A stretch of 64,000 nucleotides of DNA from assembly GCF_009914755.1 (NCBI RefSeq), contig NC_060925.1; one strand, 5' to 3'. Source of the stretch: the human T2T-CHM13v2.0 reference genome, Homo sapiens. Of this stretch, positions 26,990-40,649 are shown piece after piece. The number at the start of each line of letters is the position of its first letter. Positions within the stretch are counted from its first letter, which is position 1. Made by a program: the position numbers and the translations under genes. The notes below the pieces were generated by a model. It saw nothing but the letters and a program-made list of their open reading frames with translations. It ran no database searches and was not told the origin of the DNA.

Positions 26990-27143
26990 GACCAGGGCAG
27001 TCAGAGGCTCAGAAGGAACCAGCCCTGCCAACACCTGGACCTCAGACTATCACAGTCAGCCAGAGCTGTGAGAAAATAAATTCCTGTTGTTAAGCCACCC
27101 AGTGTGTGGTAATTTTTTATGGCAGCCCTAGCAACAGAATGTA
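26990..27143 (+). mobile_element. MLT1 LTR 3' part
   Basis: cagaaggaaccagccctgccaacacc...gtgagaaaataaattcctgttgttaagccacccagt...ggcagccctagcaac. Confidence 0.8.
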
Positions 27144-27149
27144 CTTATT

Positions 27150-27264
27150 ATATCATCTATATCTACATCTATGTCTGCCTGCATCTATCCCTCTACCTGT
27201 CCACCTACCTGCACCTGTGCCTGTATTTATACCTACGCCTGTATTTCTGTTGGTCTATTATATC

Positions 27265-27305
<41 letters not shown>

Positions 27306-27394
27306 TTATCTATTTATCTATCTATCTATCATCTACCTATCTCTCTGTCATCTATCTATCTCTCTGCCTTTGTGTCTATCTACCTATCTCTATC

Positions 27395-27449
<55 letters not shown>

Positions 27450-27632
27450 GTTGGTCTATCTACATATCTATCTATCATCTATCTATCTATGTGTCTATCA
27501 TCTATCATCTATCTATCTAATTTATCGGTATATCTATCTGTCATCTATTTCTCTATGTATCCTCTATCTAGCTACATATCTATCATCTGTCTATCCATCA
27601 ATCATCTATCTATCTATCTACTGATCTATCAA
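27150..27632. repeat. Long interrupted (TCTA)n array
   Basis: Direct reading; gives the spurious IYLSIYLS ORFs. Confidence 0.95.
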
Positions 27633-28129
27633 TCTCCAACACAAATTTCTGAGTGATGAAAGGCAGTGGCAGAGTGAGTTATACTATAAAAATGGAATTC
27701 ATGTAGAGTTAACAGTTCACTTAAAGTTAATAGAAAGGTCATGTTTCTGCTTTGTTGGGCCAAAAGATTCAGTCACCCTTTCTAACTCTCCTCTTTCTTC
27801 TCTGTCCCACATCTGTCCTGGAGGGACACCCTGCCATCTGTACCTTGGAAACACAGGCAGACATTGGCCACCTTCACCACCGTTCACCACTTTCCCACTT
27901 TCACCTAGTCTGTCATTCAAACAGAAGCCAGAGCAATCCTGTTAGACCTAGACTCAGACCCCTTCACTTAGCCTCCAAGAAGAGAAGACATGCAGCCCCT
28001 TTATTCTGAACAGTGAACTCACAGGACAAGAGCCGAGGGCCATCTGGCTGCACTTCCTCCACCCACTTCCTAACTCTTTCCCCCCCTCAGGAGGAAGTGC
28101 TTCTGCAGAAGAGGAGACAGCAATGGACA

Positions 28130-28710
28130 GTGTGAGAGAGGGAGGTGAAGAGACAGAGACAGACAGAGACAGAGAGACAGACAGAGAGACAGAGACAAAG
28201 AGACTGAAAAGATAGAGAGGACAGAGGCAGAGACAAAGAGAAAAAGAGAGACAGAGACATGGAGAAAGACAGAGACAAAACAGAGACAAAGACAGAGAGA
28301 GAAAGACAAAGAGACAGAGAGAGGTAGAGAGAGACAGACACAGAGAGACAGAAATAGACAGAGACAGAAAAAGACAGAGACAGAAAGAGACAGAGAAGAC
28401 AGAGACAGAAAGAGACAAAGACAGAAAGACAAAGAGAGACAGAGACACAGAGAAAGAGACAAAGACAGAGAAGATACAGACAGAGACAGAGAGACAGAAA
28501 GAGACAGAGAAGACAGAGAAGACAGAGACATAGAGAGAGAAAGACAGAGACACAAAGAAAGATGGAGACAAAACAGAGACAAAGAGAAACAGAGAGAAAT
28601 AGAGACAGACACACAGAAAGACAGAAATAGAGACAGAGACAGAAAAAGATAGAGCCAGAGACATACAGAGAGAGACAGAGAGACAGAGAGAGACAGACAT
28701 GGAGAGAGAG
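28130..28710. repeat. GA-rich low-complexity (GAGACA)n-type tract
   Basis: About 580 bp of gagaca/gagacaga/aaagaca units with very few T on the top strand. Confidence 0.95.
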
Positions 28711-28739
28711 GGCAAGCCTTGGGGAATGGGAAACCAGAA

Positions 28740-28865
28740 TGCTGCCCACAGTGAGGGAATCTTTGGGTTGGCTCCGCCCTTGGACTTCTCTAATACAGAA
28801 GCCAGACAAATTTCATTTTTGCTTAAACTGTTTTGAGTGGGGTTTCTTCCACTTTTATCTGAAAC
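28740..28865 (+). mobile_element. Old MLT1 (J/K/L-like) LTR 3' fragment
   Basis: ccttggacttctc...aaatttcatttttgcttaaactgttttgagtggggtttct. Confidence 0.55.
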
Positions 28866-31800
28866 CACCCAGTATGAAGCTTTCGTTGGACCACAGTCAA
28901 TGCATGAAGGTATGTGTGAAATTGAATTGTACTCACTATTTCCAAAGACAATAAATATGAAGAACGAAGTGCTTATTTATCAAACTATTTTCTTGGTGCC
29001 ACAGGTCACTGAATGCTACACGATGAATGTCTCATCATATCATTGTCTCCAGAGTGCCTGGAAGACTTTTGCCACTTCTCTGGGCGTTTTTCTCTGGTGC
29101 GTGCAGAATAGGGGTACTGTGGTTGCTTGTGATCTCACAACCCCCTTCCAGATCCTGAGCAGCAGGAATTGCTTAGAAGTAGATGTACTCTTGCTTACCC
29201 CTTTCCTCAGATCACTAATGGGGTCGTATCTCAGCCAAAGGCAGGACAAAGAGCAGGCCGAGTGTGTCTGCGTGGGTGGGGTTTGGGGAGAAGTTTCTGT
29301 GAGGGAAACAGTGAGCAGGGCCGCTGAAGCAAGACCCAGAGATGTGCCTCCTCCATTACCTGAATCCTTCCTGGATGCTCACCAGGGCAGGGACCCCTGC
29401 CTTCTGCCCACATTGAATGGGTAATGGCCAATCAAGAGAAGTCTGTGCCCATTCACTGTCCTGGGCTGCCATGGAGTCTCTCTCAGGACCCCCCAGCCAT
29501 CTGGATTTTCCCACTCAAAGTGGGACCACCACATGTTGATTCTTGGATGCCTCTTGTATGGCTGCCCTCATCTCTGCCATGGCCACAGGTACCAGCTGCT
29601 AGACCCAGACTTCCTGCTGTCTTCAGCCCAGTTCATCCAGGTTCTCCAACTTTCCACTGGCTGGTGATAACACCCCCGGGGCCCAGCAAATTCCATAGGT
29701 GATGAGTAGCAGCTCCCAGTTTTGCAGGTACTACAACTTGGCCATTGAAAAGCATGTCCCTGGTGGGCAGCCAGGCTGTGGAGAAGGCCCACACATTTCC
29801 CCAAACAAAAGAGGCTGACCTCTGGCCACATGAGGAGAGAAACCTGCAGAATCACGGCTGTAGTGTTACCAAATATTAAAGGAAGGTGCCCAGAGGACAA
29901 CAGGGGCCTCAGAGGAGGCCATGGCTGCTGCAACCTTGGATGCTCTCTGTAGGGACACTCTACTAACAAAGCTCTGTTGTGCTTGTGGCCAAGAATGGAG
30001 GTCACTTTTTGCTCTCTGCAACTCAGAAAAGAGAGTCAGTCAATCCATGTTGTCCAAGGGTGTGTATGTATGTGTTGGACGGGGTGAGGGTAGGGGGAAG
30101 GAAAGATAGAATAAATCTTTTTGTCTTAAGCGTGAAGAACCATATGGGCACGAAGAGGCCTGTTCTAGGGCAGGTGAAAAGCAAACATTTTTTGCCTGTG
30201 TTCAAAGGTGAGAAGCAGAGAGGTGAGGCTGGGGGCGGAACTGGGTGTCAACTCTCAGACGGGGTCATAGTGGATGACAGCTGAATCCTGCCCTGTAGTC
30301 TTCTGAATTTCACATCTTCCAAAGCAGGAGGTAGGGGATGGTGATTAAACGCCCTGAGAATCGAGACAGATACCATAAAAATCATCTGGATACAACTTCA
30401 TTCTATTAAAGCAAATAATTGAAGGGCCCACGCTGTGTTGCCTCCCAGTCTTGTGTGCATACATCCTGTCTTTCATCTGTGCATCCACAAATGCCTTAGG
30501 GATAATGGCTGTTATAAAAATGAAGAATTGCCTAGGTGGGTTCTTTTTTAAAAAATAAAGGAAAGATCATTGTAGGCATTATTTTCTTGAGGGACATGCA
30601 ACAGAAAATGACAACTGGCTTCTCCAACTTTGCCAGGTGTTTCTTTTTTTTTTTTCTGTTTGGTTTTGTTTTGTTTCTGAAGGAAAATGTTCACAAGCAC
30701 CGACATCTCCAGATTTGCAGAAAATTAATTCTGTAGATGATGTGGAAACGATAGCCTATAAAGTTAATGAGATATTACTGAAGTCTGGATAAACAATTAG
30801 CAGTATTAGCTGGGAAGATAAACCAGGACCTGTTGCCATTGAACAGAACTGCAACTAATTAAATTGAAAATTACAGCACAAGTGTGTGAAAACAAAGGCG
30901 AATTGAGCGGGGGCTGAGAATTAATGGAGCTAATATTGCAAAGGCAACACTGTTATTAAAAATGAAAGGGAGGGTGGTGGTATTAAAACCATTCATTTCC
31001 CCCTCCCACATGCTCCACTGGATTCTGTGTTAATCATGGCATTTCTCAGTTGTCCCTATGATCCCGGTGTCTGGTTTTGGCCACTCTGTAGGTCTCTGAA
31101 GATTCTGAATTTACAACTTTTCATGTACATCCCCTGTGTAGCGGTAGTGCCCACTCAAGTGAAGTGGTCCCTTCCTGACCTCACAGACCATCCACATGTC
31201 CCTGAGGCATAAAACTGGCTTCCTTGTTTCTGGGCATGAAGAGCTATAGGCCTCCCTGGGAAAAATTAACTGCATGTCACATCTCGGCATTTTGTGTTAA
31301 AATTCGAGAGCCCCACAGCCCATCTCTCAGGCTCAGGGTGTAAAGCTTTATTTATCCCTTTTAAAAAATTTTCATTTACAGTCTTCCTATTTAATAGTTT
31401 TGCTCCTCTTTCTCCTTGTCTTGGAGAGCTTGGAGCATCCTAGGAAGGCTGGTGGGAATGGAGTCTGGGTGATCCCAGAGGTGAATGGATCTTTCCACCA
31501 GGCGGAGACCTGGATTGAATGGGGTGAATGGCCTGAGGGCTGCTCCGGTCCCATCTCCAAGCAGGTGGAGACTGGGGGAACCACATATCTCTTTGTAAGA
31601 TCCAACATTAGCTGTAACCAAGACAGGAGACAAAAAAGGATTTTGCCCCCTTTTTAAAGCATATCCAAGTGTTCTGAGGGCTCTGCCGTCTTCTGCACCT
31701 GTACACTGAGGGGCCAGGAAGTCATCCCCCTTCTATGACAGCCATTCTCACGCACCATTCATCTATGTGGTGCCGAGGACTTCTCCCTAAAGCTGTGTAC

Positions 31801-34800
31801 CCTGCTCTGCTGACAGAGAAAAAGCCTGCTCCAGAGGGGAATAGACATTGCACAGCCTCACGCAGGCAGCTGGATTGCTACAGAGGTTCTGAGAAAACTA
31901 GAACGGTCAGCCCAGCAGCCTGAGAAAGAACCCGCCATGCTTGAGAATATCTCTGCTGCCCACAGGATTTCCTGGAACTGGAACTAGAGACACTGAACTC
32001 CCAATAGGACTTCTTTTCCAATATGCCAGGCTTCCCCTACTTGGGGAATCTTCCGCTACTGGGCAGATTCCCTCCCTCAGGGCCCCAAGAGTGCTTTCTC
32101 TTTCACTATAAAATGAGGGCATGGGTGGAAGGTGGCGTTCTCTGAATCCCGAATCCTTGAGAATAGACCACTTAATTTTGTCCTCATTGTATTCTCTAGC
32201 TGGACATATCACAGGGCTCAATGGTGGCCCTCAACAGTTATTTAAATCTGTGACATTTAGCTTTCTTTTTAGACCAGCTCAGCTCTGTCTCCTATAGCTG
32301 CTCCATTTAAGAAGAGAGCAGCCCCAGCTCCTTGCTAAAAGATACGTTTAGAGCCTCTGCCTCCCCCCGTGTCATCCCTGCCACGGATAGTGGTTCTCTG
32401 TCTTGCTCTATCATTAGACAAAGGTCAACTATTGACAATCTGGCTAGAGAAGAAGCATTATCAAAGAGGCCAATGGACGGAGCTGCCATGTTTGATGCAT
32501 ACAGTCTCTTTGATCGATCACAACATGAAGGCCTTTGCTTCAGGCACTCTGCTCTAAAGTCTGGCTGGATTTTCTGCAGGAAAGTAGAACTTATTTGGGA
32601 AAACATTGGAGGGGCATTTGCTGCTCAGCAGTGGCCTGCAAGATAGGTTGAAATCTCAACCCACACCAGTGGTGAATGAGTAAAATACCACAAAGGCCAT
32701 TCAACTGGACATCCCTTTACTATCCAGCAAGGACTCAAAGGGCAGTAGGACTGTGTGCTGTGAATGTCCAGCTCCCAGTAGAACCCTCATTTTTCCACAA
32801 AGAACTGGGAGTTGGCGCTAACTGAGCCCCAACCCAAGTTATCCTACACAGGAAGGGAGCCAGGTGCTGGGTTTTCAAGACTCAATCCTATACCCAGTTA
32901 CACTGCACAGAAGGAGGATGATCAATTAGCCTCATTAGTAACTTCCCTATCAATACAGATATGGGTTCCAGAGACACCCATCTAACCAATAGCTGATGAC
33001 CCTATTGATTAAACAAATTCGTATCATTTCAAGTGAAAATAATCATCCAAACAAAATACCAGAAAGAGCTAGACTTGAAAATCTTTCAGCAACTTATCAC
33101 ACATGAGAATAGAGCTGCAGAAAAGATTTTAGTGTAAATACTGTAATTCTGCCAGCAATTAAATAACCTCAAACTGACTCATTATCTTCAGAGTAACATG
33201 TTAATAATTTAACTGACAAACATTTCATAGGTTAATTCTGAAAAGAGTTAAGCATAGATAGATTTAATTGATCTCATATTTACACTAGTTTTTGCGCTTT
33301 TAACTTCAAATGATTTTTTGAAAAGTCAAACAGCGAATAGACATGCCGCATAAATGGTGAAATGACAATGTCATCTCGAAATCATTTGGGGAGAGGAACT
33401 CCATGATAGCACATGAGGATGAAAGAAGACAAAAGTCACTGCACATAGCTATGGCAATGGTGTGTCACACTTAGGTGGGAAGGGGTCCTCTGATGGGAAA
33501 ATTAGGTATCCATCATTTTGCTATCCCTTTAGTTCATTTAAAAATTGGCAAGTGTGTTATCTTATAAGATGTCTCTGGGTGCTTTCTTCATATGTGCATG
33601 TCTTAGACATGCTATGTGCTTGTAAATGGAACTGGTGTTCAAACAATGATTCACAGTATTCAGGGTAAAAAGTTAAATTGGACCCTTTGACCTTGTCTCA
33701 GAAAAGCATTTAATATGTAGTCCCAAACTGTCCACTCTTCAATATGACCTACTCCAGACCCTGGAGAAAGAACAAGTGCAGCTTTAATTGTTATTCGAAG
33801 ATGTACCTGGTATCATATTTCACCTAAATGCTTTCAGCACTAGGTCCTTTGGACAGCTCCACAACAGCACAAATGTTCCTCTCCCGGAGTAGATAATTCC
33901 CTTCTCCAAAAGTTGATTCTGCCATCTCCCCCCCTTATCCTCAGGGTGAGCCTCTGCCAGAACCCAGTGGGGTTCCTGTCTTTCTCCTCCTGGTTTTATT
34001 AGAGAAAACTCCAATATGCAAGCTGGACCGCACCTTCCTACCCCCAGCCCTCACCGTACTTCAAAGTAGACATGTGATCAACAGCCCCTGATCCCATCTC
34101 TTGTCTTCATTTGTTTCAAGAAAAAGATGGATATTGGCTCCTAATTAACCCACCTAACCCTGCAGTTTTTAATATCTTTGCTTTAGTGAAATTCTAGGTT
34201 AAGGTTAATGATTGAACTCTGCTTCTAAGCATGTTCTTTCAGAAGGTAATTCATGCATATGAGAGGATGGGTATGAGGACATAACATGCCTGGGCCACAG
34301 GGTCACGGCAATTTGAAACAACTTTTATCAGGGAAGAGGGCTGGAGTTTGGGTCAGATTCTCAGCTAATTACACACTTTATTCTGGGACTGATTAACATT
34401 CAGAGTCTGCCAAAGCTGCAGGGGAGAAAGAACATGGTAAGAAGAGGTGTTTGAACTAAACCCTCAGATGTCTATTGCATAGAAGGAAGCCTTATGCTTA
34501 GGGATGGATCCAGCCATGACTCTAATTTTCCTCTGTGAGCTTTAAGAATTAACCTTTTCATTGAGAGCTCAAGAGTGAGTACTGTTGAAGGAGAAGAATG
34601 TCACGGTGTGGTGAGTGGAGGCCAAGACAGCCCTGGGTGTGTGGCTTGGCTGCTTCCTCTGAGAGGCTGAGGAGATGGAGGGTTTCCACATAAAACCCCC
34701 CCAATTAAAAATTCCTCCTGTTCTCAACAATACTCAACTCCATCATAGATACAAGCATCATTTCTTGGCTGTGTTAATTTTTAATAAGCTAGTTGCATCC

Positions 34801-35865
34801 AACCTAATCATGCCACTGAGGGCAGTTTGTATATTTTACAAGCACAAATAAATCCCTTCCCAGTCTGCAAGCTCCTTGGTGGCCGTTTGCAAGGGCCTTT
34901 GGGTAGCATCTTTAAACTTTCATCTCCTGTAGGCATCCCTGACTTGTAAGTACCATTGTTGCTCGAATAATTGAATCTATTTAAAGAAATGAAGTCAATT
35001 AACTTTTCAGTTTATGACCAAGAAATAATTTCACTGTGTGTAGTCAGATTCTGCTAAGTATCTGGGGAATCAATTATTGTTTAGAGCTCAGAAAAATCCA
35101 AACAGGATCCTAAACTATATTGGGCAGCCCCTACCGTGGCATTCAGCATGGTCACTTTGGAGCCTGGCCTTGATGGTGAGACACCAAACATTGAAAACAC
35201 TACAGAGGTAACATCTTTAAGCTAGAAACAGATTTTTTTTTCCTGCCAAAATCCTCATGCAAAACTTGTGATTTGGATATTTCTGCCTCTATGCTCTAGC
35301 TTGCACGTAGTTCATTTTTTCTGACTTGGTGGACCTTGCTTCCTTCTGTAAGAAATGCAATACCCACCTAGGTCTCTCTTTAATCTTGTTTTCTTTCTCT
35401 TTGACTCTATGTTCACATTTAGGTATAAGTAATGAATGAGACGTTTTTAAAAAGTGAGATTTTGTGGGGATTTGTATTTTTAATAGGAAATTATATCTGA
35501 GAATATAAAGAATAAAATGTGGGCCATTGGAATATTAGGCTTGATAACGAGCTGAGAAGAGCTCTACAGACTGCTGTGGGTACCAGCTGAGCTCCCTGTG
35601 GGCTGAACCCACAGATTTTCCTCCTTCCTCCGACAGTGGTTCACAGCACGGGCAAGCGTCTGAGAGGGGTGATGACTAAACCCTCTGTACTTTCTCACTC
35701 CTTGAAGCAGAATTCATCCTCTGATGTCAACAGAATGTTCCCTTTGACAATGCCACGAGAAAGGAAATGCCAAGCCTAGGGAGGGTTTTCCAGTGAGCCA
35801 TGAAGACCCACTTTGCTCCAAGCCACTTACCTTCTGGTTTCTTCCCAGGTCCCAGAGTTGCCCCT

Positions 35866-36219
35866 TATATTAGTCCGTTTTCATGCTGCTGATAAAGACA
35901 TACCTGGGTCTAGGAAGAAAAAGAGTTTTAATTGGACTTACAGTTCCACATGGCTGGGGAGGCCTCAGAATCATGGTGGGAGGCAAAAGGCACTTCTTAC
36001 ATGGGGGTGGCAAGAGAGAATAAGGAAGGAGAAAAAGCAGAAACCCCTGATAAACCCATCAGATCTCTCAAGACTTATTCACTATCACGAGAATAGCATG
36101 AAAAAGACCAGCCCCCATGATTCAATTACCTCCCTCTGGGTCCCTCCCATAACACATGGGAATTCTGGGAGATACAAGCCAAGTTGAGATTTGGGTGGGG
36201 ACAAAGCCCAACCATATCA
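35866..36219 (-). mobile_element. THE1 (A/B-type) solo LTR
   Basis: tattagtccgttttcatgctgctgataaagacatac...cacatggctggggaggcctca...gagatttgggtggggaca...aaccatatca. Confidence 0.92.
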
Positions 36220-36539
36220 CCTGCACCACAATCCCACACTGCCTCTCCCTCCTGTTGCCAGTTCTCAACACTTGAGTGACTTCTGTGTCCCAGGGACTGT
36301 GATGGGCACTGAGGATGGAGTACTGAGCGAAGGCTGGCATGCTCCTGGATGCCACAGAAGAAACTCTGGAGAAGAGATGTGAATCCAGAAGCACACTTAT
36401 CTCTGCTGTCTCTGTCTGCCCCTTGGCAGCCTTCTCAGAGTGCACCTCTTGTCTGCCCATGCTGTCGATGTTTATGTGCAGGGTCCTCTACTCTTTTTAC
36501 TCCGAGCATGTGATCGAGGTGGTCCATGGTCTTCCTCTC

Positions 36540-37200
36540 TGAGCACTGTTATTTCATTTCACTATCAATTCTATGCCCATGAATCCCACATCTGTGTCTC
36601 TTATCTACCCATCCTCTCAAACTCCAGATGTGTTTCTAACACTTTTGAATAGACATCTCCACTTGCATGCCCCATCTGCTTCTCAAACTAAACATGCCCA
36701 AACTCTACTTAGTCATTTATGAACATGCTGCCACCAGTTGCCCTGCATTCAAACTAAAGGCATGGGTGTCACCCAAGTCTCTTCCCACTCACTCTTCTTG
36801 TATCTCCAATCCATCACAAAGATGCCAACTTTACCCCCTAGGCCTCTTACATTTCATTTCTTTCATTCTTATTCCTTAATAGATATGTTTGTTCTTTCTG
36901 CCTGTTCTTTTTCTTATTCCTCCATCTTTGCTTGTCTATCCCACCCTAAGCCACTAGACAGCCTTCACGAATGGCACCTCCTCCGTGAAGCCTTCCTTGA
37001 ATCTACACCCCCTGTAATCTTCTCTTTATATGAACCTATCAATCATCTCTTCCTCCTCTCTTGACACATATTTTTGGCCTTCTTATATAAGAATTATTTG
37101 GGCACCTGTTTTGACCTGCCTACTATTTTCCTGAGGAAGATCATGCTGTTTTCATCTCTGTGTTCCCCTTACCTATGACAATCCCTGGCCCATGACTGTT
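36540..37200 (+). mobile_element. L2 fragments
   Basis: agacatctccacttgcatgcccc...ctcaaactaaacatgcccaaa, ctccaatccatcacaaag, cacctcctccgtgaagccttcc. Confidence 0.65.
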
Positions 37201-39107
37201 ATGTGAGCAGCAGGCAACACTAGGCTAAGACCAGGGTCAGGAGGCTCTGTAGAGGACAGGAGACAGCTGCCCCAGCTGCCTCACTGTTCTGAAGAGACAC
37301 TGAGGGGAGAGCTGGCATTCTGGGGTGGTCCAGCTGCTGTATTGCATCTGGCTGCTGCCCCCACCCTATTGGCTGAGATTGGAAGAATGTAATCCTGGGG
37401 GCTCAGAGCCCAAATCTCTCCATCCCATCTTAATACCATAAAGATTACCCTGAAGCACAACTAGGTTTGATGTCACAGGGATCATATGGTGACGTGCAAA
37501 AGCACCCAGGGCTAATGCATTTAACTGTGGCTTGGACTGACCAGGCAAGAGTAAGCCAATTGCGAACCAGTCCTCAGGCAGGTGAATCTGGGGTAGAACA
37601 GGCACTACACTGCAAAAGAGGCTGCAGCCAGGAGTACTGAAGCCATGAAGGCAAAATCGTGGTCCACACTGGGGCTGCCTTCCCTGCCTCTAAGATCTTC
37701 AGGTCCAAGGGGATGGAGTCACTGCTTTCCTTTATCATCCATGGTGAGCTACAGCCAACTAGGGGGCATGTCAATGGCTCCTCTCCTGCAAGGGGAACTC
37801 GAGGAAGGGTCCTACCTGGAAATGCTTTCTGGAAAAATATGTTCCAGAAAGATGCATGCTTTATGAGGCTGGGGTCATCAGGCAGCCCCAGGCTGGTTTA
37901 GGTTTGGGATGTTGAAAAGGTCGTGTGAAAGGTAGCTCATGCATAAGGCAAGGTAACATTTCCCTGATCCTGGGATTTGAGCAATGTTCATCTCCCTCTA
38001 TCTCTGAGTCTGTATACATGGTGAAATTATTTCTTGGTCATAAACTGGAAGTTAATTGGCTCCGTTTCATTAAGTGGCTCTAATTATTTTAGCCCCAGCG
38101 AAGGTTCTGGTGATAGTTACTAATGAGGGTGCTCTTCCTTGTCTCCAGCCTCGGGGACCCTGCTGGCACCTTAGTGGCCTGCTTGAGTTGATGCAGCTTC
38201 GAAGCAATAACTAAGAGGCCCTGGGGGGATGCTCAGGCCAGGGAGGAAAAGAATCAACAGAACTGCGGCCTTGGGAGCAATAGCCTGGATGAAGGCATTC
38301 ATGTACCTCCTGGCTGAATTAGAAATGGGTTTAGAACTTTATCCAACAGCATAAACCAGTGCAAGGCATTCTCAGCAAAAGGGAGAGGCAGAGGGCCGTG
38401 GCTGGGGATGGGGCCTAGAAAGGGCCGGCGGTCCGCATCTGGTGACGATCTTGGGGATTTGGTCCAGAATCGAGGCTCCTGGGAATTCGTAAGGTTGGCC
38501 ATGTTCCTGGAAGGGACACAGAGCCATGTCCTAAAGACTATTTTCTCTTCATTAATTTTATTCAAGAACCACCTATAAGCCTGTAAATGAATAAATGATT
38601 ATACTAAGTGAATAAGAGAGTTACTGAGAATTAACTATTCTCACATGTCTCATTCACAGGAGAGAATTTTTTTTTGTACGGTTGACAATGTTGTTTGGTG
38701 AAATAACTAACTGACACTAATTTTTCCATCCTGAAACTAATTCCTCAAATCCAAAATTTCAGTTTATTCTTAATCCCTTACTCTTGAGTCCAATTGATGA
38801 TGCTTAGATTATGGGAGTATTTTGAGGTATCTCATTCTTACATAATTTGAAATATACTTAGAAATGTGTTAGAAGATATTGGAGAGAGTGGGGTGTGTAT
38901 GTACTTGTGTCTCAGTGGCTACAATAACTATTTTTACAGCATGAAATGGCACTAGTGACAGAATGAAGGATGAGACGATGATGCTGATAATGGCAACAAT
39001 GGTAGCTATTGGGACCTCTGGGCACACTGTTATGATTCTTCCTATCCCAGTCCCCCATCCCCTGGAATACGCCACAAATAGAGAAATAACATAAAGAAAA
39101 ATGAGCC

Positions 39108-39462
<355 letters not shown>

Positions 39463-39769
39463 TCAGTCTAGAAGATGCAGTTCCAGTTCCAATAGCCTCA
39501 AAGCCAACCGCGTCAAGTAGATTTGCCCACCCAGCTCAGGACTCCTGTGTTTAATCGTGGAGGAGCAGAGAGCATGTGCTCTTCCAGAGACAGCCTCATT
39601 TTTATCACCCCAAATTTACCAATGAGATAGGTCACACATCTTCCTGGGGAAGAGAAGAGGGCATAGGCGCAGAGAGAGGTCAGGGGTTACAGACGGAAGA
39701 CCCCTCTGCGCATGGAAGGAAGCATTCTGGGGAAGGAGTGTCTACCGAAGCCAGGGGACAGCCAAGCGC

Positions 39770-39955
39770 CGCATTACTGCTGGGACTCCGTTACTTCTCA
39801 TTTCACCACGGCCTAGATGTAGGTGTCATTGATCCTGTTTTAGAGATGAAGAGACTGACATGGTCAGAAAGTTAGATGACTTGCCCAAGGTCACACAGCT
39901 GGGAAGTGATGGGATGGGGCTTGAACTCAGGCATTTAAAGCCTTGAGACTTTCTG
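39770..39955 (-). mobile_element. MIR
   Basis: ttttagagatgaagagactga...gacttgcccaaggtcacacagctgggaagt...ttgaactcagg. Confidence 0.85.
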
Positions 39956-39989
39956 GATCTTGAATGTTTCTACCTGAAGATTGTGCAGA

Positions 39990-40508
39990 GCTGTGATTCT
40001 CAAAATGTGGCATGAGGACTCCTGGGAGGTCCCTAGACCCAGTGGTGGGTGGGGGTCTTCAAGGCCAAAACTGTTGTCTTCCAGATACTAAGATGATTAA
40101 GATATTACTTGTCCTCTTCACTCTCATTCTCTCTGGGGTGGAGTGGGGAGTTTCCCAGAAGCTACATGACATGGACTGTCACAATGAACCAATTGTGATT
40201 CACTGGAGAAGCAGCTATGGATTCATCTGTCTCCTGTTAAACCAGAGATTCAACAGATTTGCAAAATTTTTGATATAACACCACTCTTCTCATTAATTTT
40301 TTTGTTCCATAAAATATAGTTGTTTTAGTAAAAACGTTTATATTACTATGTAAAAAGCTCATATGTTTAATAAAAAAATATGTTTTTAATTCTCAGTTTT
40401 AATTTCTAATATGATAAATAAGAATAGACATAAATAAAAACTCTGGATCCTCAATTTTTTAAAGAACTTATAGAAGTCCAGAGACCAAAAACTTCGAGAC
40501 CCACAGGT
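39990..40508. mobile_element. Charlie4a-like hAT transposon
   Basis: gattctcaaaatgtgg...gagtttcccagaagctacatgaca...agatttgcaaaa...ccactcttctcattaa...gtccagagaccaaaaacttcgaga. Confidence 0.75.
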
Positions 40509-40649
40509 ATAAATCCCTGCATAAAACCTATGGCCCTGTTGGGCATTCACTTCTGCTCAGGCCTCCAAGAGATGAGTTTAGTCACCAGCCAACCAAAAGC
40601 AAATTTTGAAGAGTGGATTTCAAGAAGGCAGAGAGAAAACCTGGGATTT

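Noticed and set aside
27106-28868. Long hydrophobic ORFs (IYLS and SLSVSL repeats, up to 304 aa)
   Set aside because: Translations of TCTA and GA/TC simple repeats.
28837-29424. 195-aa ORF in mostly unique sequence
   Set aside because: Begins in an MLT1 remnant, has no recognisable domain or exon structure, and is plausible by chance in 64 kb.
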